Shown here in pieces: positions 31,966 through 38,473 of a DNA stretch of 64,000 nucleotides. The notes under the pieces are model-generated. The model worked only from the letters and a program-made list of their open reading frames with translations, did no database searches and had not been told where the DNA came from. The stretch is taken from assembly GCA_045656565.1 (NCBI GenBank), contig JAZORH010000013.1:65968-129967 (forward strand), written 5' to 3'. The first letter of the stretch is position 1, and every line of letters starts with the position of its first letter. Made by a program: the position numbers and the translations under genes. Origin of the DNA: Candidatus Onthomorpha sp. (GTDB lineage Bacteria; Bacteroidota; Bacteroidia; Bacteroidales; P3).

Positions 31966-32535
31966 ATGATATTACCTATAGTAGGCTATGGCGCCAATGT
32001 CTTGAAACAAAAAGCCGTTGACATAGACAAGAATTATCCAGCCTTGAATGAGTTGATTGAAAACATGTTTGCAACCATGTATGCGGCAAATGGTGTCGGT
32101 TTAGCGGCTCCTCAAATAGACCTTTCGATAAGATTGTTTGTTATAGACGCAGATCCATTCAAAGAAACATATCCCGAAGGAGAGGGATTCAAGAAAGTAT
32201 TTATCAATCCACAGATTCTAGAATACAAAGGTGAGATTTGGAGCGACTTTCAAGAGGGTTGTCTTTCTCTTCCTGACATTCATGAAGATGTAGCAAGACC
32301 CAGCATAATCGTTGTAAAATATCTTGACGAGAATTTCGAAGAACACACCGAAGAATTTGACGGAATAAGAGCAAGAGTTTTCCAACACGAATACGACCAC
32401 TTGGAAGGGAAAGTATTTACAGACCGATTAAGCCCACTAAGACGCACATTGTTGAAACGCAAACTAAGCGATGTTGCAAGCGGCAAGGTGAATCCCGGCT
32501 ATAGAATGAAACGTGTAAGTATTAAAAAGAAATAA
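31966..32535 (+). CDS. def: Peptide deformylase
   Basis: All three Def motifs are present: GVGLAAPQI, EGCLSLP and QHEYDHLEG. Confidence 0.95.
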   Translation: MILPIVGYGANVLKQKAVDIDKNYPALNELIENMFATMYAANGVGLAAPQIDLSIRLFVIDADPFKETYPEGEGFKKVFINPQILEYKGEIWSDFQEGCLSLPDIHEDVARPSIIVVKYLDENFEEHTEEFDGIRARVFQHEYDHLEGKVFTDRLSPLRRTLLKRKLSDVASGKVNPGYRMKRVSIKKK

Positions 32536-32536
32536 C

Positions 32537-33058
32537 ATGAAACGTATTACAGTTTTGATGTTTATGCTTATTGCATTCATTTCTTGCAATAGCAACAACG
32601 AGAAACACGATGATGCAAAAGCAATTGCAGATTTAGAACATAAAGTTCTCACTGACGCAAAAAGCATAGACCCAAGCACAGCTGACAGCCTTGTAAACAT
32701 GTATAAGCAATTTGCAGAGGCTTATCCTCAAGATACATTAAGCCCTGCGTACCTTTATCGTGCGGCTGATATATTGGCAAACCGCAAAGAATGTCTTCCT
32801 GCTGTTGATTTGTTGGACAAAATCGAAGAAAAATACCCTCAAAGCGACTATGCACCACAAGCATCTTTCCTTAAGGGGGTAATATTCCAAGATGTGTGTC
32901 TTAATAAAGAAAAAGCAGCCGAATCATTCAACGCATTCATTGCTAAATATCCGAATTCGCCACTTGTTAACGATGCAAAAGGACTTTTGATTTTGAGTCA
33001 AACAAAAGACGAATTGGAATTGATTCACCAATGGGAAGAAAAAGCAAAAGAGGATTAA
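32537..33058 (+). CDS. TPR-like (YbgF/outer-membrane-lipoprotein-type) repeat lipoprotein
   Basis: The lipobox is FISC. Helical repeats carry the YP.S.....A.Y pattern (YPQDTLSPAYLYRAA, YPQSDYAPQASFLKG, YPNSPLVNDA). Confidence 0.6.
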   Translation: MKRITVLMFMLIAFISCNSNNEKHDDAKAIADLEHKVLTDAKSIDPSTADSLVNMYKQFAEAYPQDTLSPAYLYRAADILANRKECLPAVDLLDKIEEKYPQSDYAPQASFLKGVIFQDVCLNKEKAAESFNAFIAKYPNSPLVNDAKGLLILSQTKDELELIHQWEEKAKED

Positions 33059-33192
33059 GATTCACAATTTTTACTTCAAACATAAAAAATACGAGTTGTT
33101 CAAACAACTGCTCGTATTTTTTTTACTACCAAAGCGAAACAGTTAATTGAAATCCGAAAATTTAATTTCATTGTTAGTAGATAAAATATTAC

Positions 33193-33200
33193 TACCTTTG
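33193..33200 (+). promoter_or_regulatory. -7 promoter element (TACCTTTG) of the fucosidase gene
   Basis: It lies 48 nt upstream of the ATG at 33248. Confidence 0.5.
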
Positions 33201-33247
33201 TAAAGCTATTTCAAAAATACACTTACAGCATATAAAAACAAAACATT

Positions 33248-34696
33248 ATGAAAAAAGTTCTCTTTACGATAAGCCTCGCTATCCTAATGACAGCTTGTGC
33301 TTCTATTTCTAAAAAATCATTTTACGAAAAGCAAGCAACATTTCCTGACAATGCTACTTTAGAACAAAAAATCGAAATCGCCTCACGCTTAGTTCCAACA
33401 AAACAACAATTAGAATGGCAACAAATGGAACTGACTGCCTTTTTGCATTTTGGAATAAATACTTTCACCGGCAACGAATGGGGAGACGGGAAAGATAGTC
33501 CACAACTTTTCAACCCCACTCAATTAGATTGCGAGCAGTGGGTAAAATCTTTGAAAGACGGAGGCTTCAAAATGGTAATCCTAACAGCAAAACACCATGA
33601 CGGATTTTGTTTATGGCCAACCAAAACCACAGAATATTCCGTTAAAAATTCACCTTGGAAAGACGGAAAAGGCGATGTGGTTCGTGAACTAAGAGATGCC
33701 TGCAACAAATACGGCTTAAAATTCGGCGTTTACATATCTCCATGGGACAGAAACGCAGAATCATACGGAGATTCTCCAAAGTACAATCAATTTTTCGCAG
33801 AGCAACTAACCGAACTCCTAACAAACTATGGCGAAATACACGAAATATGGTTTGATGGAGCCAATGGCGAAGGTCCAAACGGCAAAAAACAAATCTACGA
33901 TTGGGATTTATTTCTAAAAACCATAAAAAAGCATCAACCAAATGCCGTTACAGCAATCATGGGCAACGATGTGCGTTGGGTAGGTAACGAAAGCGGTTTG
34001 GGAAGAGAAACAGAATGGAGTGCAACTGTACTAACACCGGGCAGTTATTCCCATTGCGATGAATCAAACAAAGCACTCGGCATCGACAATATGTCAAAAG
34101 ACTTAGGCAGTCGTACACTTCTTCAAAACGCAAAGCAGATATATTGGTATCCTTCCGAAGTTGATGTTTCCATACGTCCGGGTTGGTTTTACCACTCTGA
34201 ACAAGACAAAGACGTTCGTTCGTTAGCCAACCTTGTAAACATATATTATCAATCCGTAGGTTGCAATTCCGTTTTGCTACTCAATATTCCACCTGACAAA
34301 AGAGGCTTAATACACCAAACAGACGCTCAACGCATAAAAGAACTTGCAGATTACATCAACCAAACCTTTGCAAACAATCTTCTTACAAAAGGAAACAAAA
34401 CTTGGAAAGCCGGTAAAGGCGAATCAAAAGAGTATGAAATTAAACCGAACTCAAAGTTTAACACCTTGTTAATTCAAGAAGACATCACAAAAGGACAAAG
34501 AGTAGAAGAATTTTCAGCGGAAATATACACCCAAGGTCAATGGAAACAAATCGCCAAAGGCACAACCATAGGCTACAAACGCCTGCTACGTTTTCCCGAT
34601 TGCCAAGGCGAGAAACTAAGAATTACAATCCTATCCACAAGAGGAAAAGCTAATATTAAAAACATAGGACTCTACTTTGGTGAAACGAAGTTTTAG
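33248..34696 (+). CDS. Alpha-L-fucosidase, GH29, lipoprotein, with C-terminal F5/8-type (discoidin-like) domain
   Basis: The GH29 blocks are FGINTF....W, AKHHDGFCLWPT and IWFDGA. The lipobox is MTAC. Confidence 0.85.
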   Translation: MKKVLFTISLAILMTACASISKKSFYEKQATFPDNATLEQKIEIASRLVPTKQQLEWQQMELTAFLHFGINTFTGNEWGDGKDSPQLFNPTQLDCEQWVKSLKDGGFKMVILTAKHHDGFCLWPTKTTEYSVKNSPWKDGKGDVVRELRDACNKYGLKFGVYISPWDRNAESYGDSPKYNQFFAEQLTELLTNYGEIHEIWFDGANGEGPNGKKQIYDWDLFLKTIKKHQPNAVTAIMGNDVRWVGNESGLGRETEWSATVLTPGSYSHCDESNKALGIDNMSKDLGSRTLLQNAKQIYWYPSEVDVSIRPGWFYHSEQDKDVRSLANLVNIYYQSVGCNSVLLLNIPPDKRGLIHQTDAQRIKELADYINQTFANNLLTKGNKTWKAGKGESKEYEIKPNSKFNTLLIQEDITKGQRVEEFSAEIYTQGQWKQIAKGTTIGYKRLLRFPDCQGEKLRITILSTRGKANIKNIGLYFGETKF

Positions 34697-34724
34697 CATC
34701 AGCGAAACGAAGATTTAGAAAAAC

Positions 34725-34774
34725 AAAACGCTCGTAAGTCAAAATAAAACTAAGACTTACGAGCGTTTTTCTTT
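34725..34774 (+). terminator. Terminator hairpin, copy 1 of a duplicated element
   Basis: A perfect 16-bp stem aaaacgctcgtaagtc / gacttacgagcgtttt with a 13-nt loop, followed by TTTTTCTTT. Confidence 0.8.
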
Positions 34775-34792
34775 GAGTTTTTTCTATATATC

Positions 34793-35137
34793 TTAAATCT
34801 CTGCCAATAAATTCGTAAGTTGATGTTTCAAAACAGGCAAATCCTCTTGCACTGTTTCCCAAACTTTTTTAGGAGATATAGTGTAATATCCATGAACCAA
34901 TACATGACGCATTTTTTCCATTATTTGCCAAGGAATATTACTGTGAGATAGTTTAAATTCTTTTGTAAGCATATATGACGCTTCGCCAATAATCTCTATA
35001 TTTTTAACGACTGCGTAAAATAAAATCTTACTTTCTGCGAACTCTTCTTCGCTTATGTTTGCTGTAAACTCTTCTACATTGTTTATAGCAAACAACATGT
35101 GTTCTATTCGTCCTCTATCTTTAACAGCCTCTCTCAT
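34793..35137 (-). CDS. hepT: HepT-like (DUF86) toxin of a type VII TA system
   Basis: 114 aa with the RX4HXY catalytic motif as RHVLVHGY. It overlaps the upstream MNT gene by 17 nt. Confidence 0.85.
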   Translation of the reverse strand: MREAVKDRGRIEHMLFAINNVEEFTANISEEEFAESKILFYAVVKNIEIIGEASYMLTKEFKLSHSNIPWQIMEKMRHVLVHGYYTISPKKVWETVQEDLPVLKHQLTNLLAEI

Positions 35138-35429
35138 ATATTAAAATTTTATCTTTATTTGCCGATTCTTGTGCAAAGGGTAATAATGCACCTTCTTCAA
35201 CTAAATCAACTTTTTGATTGAGTAATGTTTCTAATTGACAGATTATGTCAGCATATTTGAAAAGAGAAATCTTCGCATCCTTATCAAAAGAAACAATAAT
35301 ATCAATATCGCTTTGCTCATTCTCCTCTCCACGAGAATAAGAGCCAAACAACCACGCTTTATTTATTGGCTGAGTTGAAAAATACTTTTGAATAGAAGGA
35401 ATTATTCTCTCTTGCGTAACACTATTCAT
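35121..35429 (-). CDS. mntA: MntA-like minimal nucleotidyltransferase antitoxin
   Basis: 102 aa with the polymerase-beta NTase motif GSYSRGEENEQSDIDI. Confidence 0.85.
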   Translation of the reverse strand: MNSVTQERIIPSIQKYFSTQPINKAWLFGSYSRGEENEQSDIDIIVSFDKDAKISLFKYADIICQLETLLNQKVDLVEEGALLPFAQESANKDKILIYERGC

Positions 35430-35486
35430 AACAATAGACTTTAAATTACTAACTGCAAAGATAATAATTTTATTGTTATAACAAAC

Positions 35487-35536
35487 AAAACGCTCGTTTG
35501 TCTGAATTAAACAAAGACTTACGAGCGTTTTTCTTT
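35487..35536. terminator. Terminator hairpin, copy 2 of the duplicated element
   Basis: aaaacgctcgtttgtc ... gacttacgagcgtttttcttt. The right arm plus tail is identical over 21 nt to 34754-34774, and the left arm shares aacaaaacgctcgt. It can terminate the WD40 gene on the minus strand. Confidence 0.65.
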
Positions 35537-35554
35537 ATATTATAAAATCAATCC

Positions 35555-36574
35555 CTATTCCTCTCCCCAAATCTTAATGGTTTTATCATCTGAACCGCTG
35601 ATAATTTTTGTGCAATCGGGACTAAATGCTACGGATTTGATACCAATTGAATGTCCCTCCAAGGTTTTAAGGCAAGAGCCTGTGTTTGCATCCCATATCT
35701 TAACGGTTTTATCATCTGAACCGCTGATTATTTTTTTGCCATCAGGACTATATGCTACGGACTTGACATTACTTGAATGTCCCTCCAAGGTTTTAAGGCA
35801 TTGTCCTGTGTTTGCATCCCATATCTTAATGGTATTATCCTTTGAACCGCTGATAATTCTTTTGCCATCGGGACTATATGCTACGGACCAGACAGTACCT
35901 GTATGTCCCTCCAAGGTTTGAAGGCATTCTCCTGTGTTTGCGTCCCATATTTTAATGGTATTATCATTTGAACCGCTGATTATTTTTGTGCCATCGGGAC
36001 TATATGCTACGGACAAGACATCATCTGAATGTCCCTCAAAGGTATTAAGGCATACTCCATAGTTTGCATCCCATATCTTAATGGTATTATCCCATGAACC
36101 GCTGATTATTTTTGTGCCATCGGGACTATATGCTACGGACTTGAGAGTACCTGTATGTCCCTCCAAGGTTTTAAGGCATTGTCCTGTGTTTGCATCCCAT
36201 ATCTTAATGGTTTTATCCCATGAACCGCTGATAATTTTTGTGCCATCGGGACTAAATGCTACGGATTCGACATCATCTGAATGTCCCTCCAAGGTTTGAA
36301 GGCATACTCCATAGTTTGCATCCCATATCTTAATGGTTTCATCCCATGAACCGCTGATAATTTTTGTACCATCGGGACTATATGCTACGGAATAGACAAA
36401 ACTTGAATGTCCCGTCAAGGTTTGAAGGCATTGAAACTTTGTGTAATCAACTACTATTCCACTATTCCCTGCTCCGTTCGGTGTATCGGTTCCATCTTGT
36501 GGCTCTTCGCAACCTATAAACAAAGCAGTAAATACTGCAATCATTGTTAAAAATCTTAATCTCTTCATTTTCAT
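35555..36574 (-). CDS. Seven-bladed WD40 beta-propeller lipoprotein with highly internally conserved repeats
   Basis: The signal plus lipobox is MKMKRLRFLTMIAVFTALFIGC, followed by EEPQD. There are seven 42-aa repeats of the form GH..-V-SVAYSPDGTKIISGS-D-TIKIWDANTG-CL-TLE. Confidence 0.85.
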   Translation of the reverse strand: MKMKRLRFLTMIAVFTALFIGCEEPQDGTDTPNGAGNSGIVVDYTKFQCLQTLTGHSSFVYSVAYSPDGTKIISGSWDETIKIWDANYGVCLQTLEGHSDDVESVAFSPDGTKIISGSWDKTIKIWDANTGQCLKTLEGHTGTLKSVAYSPDGTKIISGSWDNTIKIWDANYGVCLNTFEGHSDDVLSVAYSPDGTKIISGSNDNTIKIWDANTGECLQTLEGHTGTVWSVAYSPDGKRIISGSKDNTIKIWDANTGQCLKTLEGHSSNVKSVAYSPDGKKIISGSDDKTVKIWDANTGSCLKTLEGHSIGIKSVAFSPDCTKIISGSDDKTIKIWGEE

Positions 36575-36604
36575 ATTCTTTTTTTTAAGTTAATAACTAT
36601 TTCG

Positions 36605-36612
36605 CAAAGATA
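36605..36612 (-). promoter_or_regulatory. -7 promoter element (TATCTTTG) of the WD40 gene
   Basis: The reverse complement of caaagata, 31 nt upstream of the ATG at 36574. Confidence 0.5.
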
Positions 36613-36682
36613 TAAAACTTTCATAAACCGACAAAATTTTCTCTCGCAAAGTTTCACGAAGTGAGCAAAGGCTGATTTCAAA

Positions 36683-36762
36683 GGACAACAAGTCAACAAG
36701 ACTACAAGACAACAAGATTTGCGGACTTGTAAACTTGTAGTCTCGTTGTCTCGTTGACTTGC
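36683..36762. repeat. 8-bp phased inverted array: 4x NNNACAAG, a 9-bp spacer, then 5x CTTGTNNN / CTCGTTGN
   Basis: The ACAAG ends fall at 36692, 36700, 36708 and 36716. The inverted units start at 36726, 36734, 36742, 36750 and 36758. The arms can pair (caagtcaac/gttgacttg, agactacaag/cttgtagtct). Confidence 0.8.
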
Positions 36763-36826
36763 AGACTAATCATACTTCCTTAAACCATCTTCAGACTTCT
36801 TTTACAAAATGTTCCACTTACCGATA

Positions 36827-36958
36827 ATGGTATTACCGCTTACTGATAATAGTATTATCACTTACTGATAATGGTACTATCACGCCGTGATAATGGTATT
36901 ATCTCTTTGTGATAATGGTATTATCACGCTGTGATAATCGGATTATCAAGTCGTGGAA
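36827..36958 (+). repeat. Six 22-bp-phased tandem units, each containing the palindrome TGATAAT-N3-ATTATCA (iteron- or operator-like array)
   Basis: The 17-mers start at 36832, 36854, 36876, 36898, 36920 and 36942. They read CGATAATGGTATTACCG, TGATAATAGTATTATCA, TGATAATGGTACTATCA, TGATAATGGTATTATCT, TGATAATGGTATTATCA and TGATAATCGGATTATCA. Confidence 0.9.
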
Positions 36959-37151
36959 AATTTTTGATAGTAAGTTTGCACTTTTTCGGACTTTGATTCG
37001 TTGTTATTTTCAAAGGGTTATAGATACGCAAATCAAAACATAAGGATATGGAAATCAAGAATGTGAATTTTGAAAAGAGACCTTCGGGTTATTTGAATTG
37101 CTTTTGATAAAATCGTGAAAGAGACTTTGTGGTAATTTCCAATAAAATAAG

Positions 37152-37159
37152 TATCTTTG
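37152..37159 (+). promoter_or_regulatory. -7 promoter element (TATCTTTG) of the 37218 gene
   Basis: It lies 59 nt upstream of the ATG. Confidence 0.45.
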
Positions 37160-37217
37160 CATTAAATTCAATGTAGTAATACGTTTAATGTTTATATTAA
37201 CGAAATAAGTTAAAGGT

Positions 37218-38303
37218 ATGAATGAAAATTGGAACGAAATAATAGATACTTTACAAAAACGAATAAACAGCAAATCAACAGAGATTGAATATCAACAAGA
37301 GATTGAAAATTGTTTAAAAATATTAGGTTGGAAAAGTTATAACAAAACCATGCAATCTCAAGTAACAATACATATCGGTAATAATAATTCAATAAAACCC
37401 GATATTGTACTTTATAAAAATGATATTCCGACTTTGCCTATTGAAATTAAACGTCCGAACAATATTTGCAATATTAAACAAGAATCTCAATTGATGTCTT
37501 ACATGCGTCAATTAAAATTAAATATTGGTTTATACATAGGCGAAAATATCCAATTATACTATGACACTCCTAATGATTTAGATAATCCTATCTGTGTTTT
37601 CAAGGTAGAATTTCGTGAAGATGATGTTAATGGAAGTATATTTTGCGAAATGCTTTCATACGATAAATTTGATATAATTTTCTTGGAAGACTTCTGCAAA
37701 GAACGCTATAATCAAATTGTAGCTCGCAATAATTTACAAGAGCGTTTTAGTGAATTCTTTTTTAGTAGCGATGCTAACAAAAACATCATTACCTTAATTA
37801 AAGAAAAATTTCTCAAAGAAGGTTTTGAAGAAAAAGCTTTGGAATACGAGTTAGAAAAACTGACATTTAAAATAGAAAGAAAACAATCATATCGCACTGA
37901 GCAAAAAATAAAGAAGCTGGAAATTGAAACCACTAATAAAGAATATGCAAAAGAGGTTTTTTCATTAGATGGAATTAACTATTATGGAGTTGGACGATTC
38001 GTTTTAGCTGTAGTTAAACAATATATATCAGAGCATCCAAATATAACTTTGGAAGAGTTAGAAGAACGATTTCCATCTTATTTAAGTAGTAATCGCAAAT
38101 GTGGGATTATACGCCCTATAGACTTTGTAAAAGAAAGAAAAGATGAAGGTCGCTTTTTTACAAAAGATTCTATTATCTTAAACAACGGAACAGAAGTTGC
38201 AGTGTATTCTCAATGGGCAAACTCCGGAATACACAAACAATATTTCCAAAGATTTCTTAAACATGTGGGAACTTTCTATCATGTTTATTCAAAAAGTAAG
38301 TAA
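37218..38303 (+). CDS. Orphan PD-(D/E)xK nuclease-fold protein (type I restriction HsdR-N-terminal-like) with an uncharacterised C-terminal domain
   Basis: The N-terminus E..IENCLKILGW...IKPDIVLYKNDIPTLPIEIKRP fits the D...(E)xK restriction-endonuclease core. A coiled linker follows, then a roughly 120-aa C-terminal domain (FSLDGINYYGVGRFVLAVVKQYISEHPNITLEELEERFP...). Confidence 0.6.
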   Translation: MNENWNEIIDTLQKRINSKSTEIEYQQEIENCLKILGWKSYNKTMQSQVTIHIGNNNSIKPDIVLYKNDIPTLPIEIKRPNNICNIKQESQLMSYMRQLKLNIGLYIGENIQLYYDTPNDLDNPICVFKVEFREDDVNGSIFCEMLSYDKFDIIFLEDFCKERYNQIVARNNLQERFSEFFFSSDANKNIITLIKEKFLKEGFEEKALEYELEKLTFKIERKQSYRTEQKIKKLEIETTNKEYAKEVFSLDGINYYGVGRFVLAVVKQYISEHPNITLEELEERFPSYLSSNRKCGIIRPIDFVKERKDEGRFFTKDSIILNNGTEVAVYSQWANSGIHKQYFQRFLKHVGTFYHVYSKSK

Positions 38304-38473
38304 GTAAGTATAATAGCTGACTCTTTTGAGAATGTGAAAACTTTATTTCTAACTTTTCAACTCTTACATCTATGAAATAAAGTTTGACGAAATCAAAGAG
38401 GCTGTTTTGTGGAAATAAAATAGGGAAACCCTTTGAGGATTTCCCTATTTGTTTTTATGAATCTTTGGTTGGA

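Noticed and set aside
35577-36299. The + strand ORFs 35577..35921 and 36081..36299, which have repeated sequences
   Set aside because: They are mirror images of the WD40 repeats on the minus strand, and their periodicity simply reflects the 126-bp repeat. The WD40 frame has a signal peptide, a promoter and canonical motifs.
36827-36958. Calling the TGATAAT-N3-ATTATCA array a bona fide Fur box cluster
   Set aside because: The half-sites match the Fur heptamer, but the spacing is 7-3-7, not 7-1-7. The sites do not overlap a core promoter, and no iron-related genes flank them. I kept it only as a comparison inside the finding.
34697-38473. The island as an integrative mobile element or prophage remnant
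   Set aside because: There is no integrase, transposase, relaxase or phage gene, and no tRNA target. The only direct repeats bracket just the 0.7-kb TA cassette, not the whole island.
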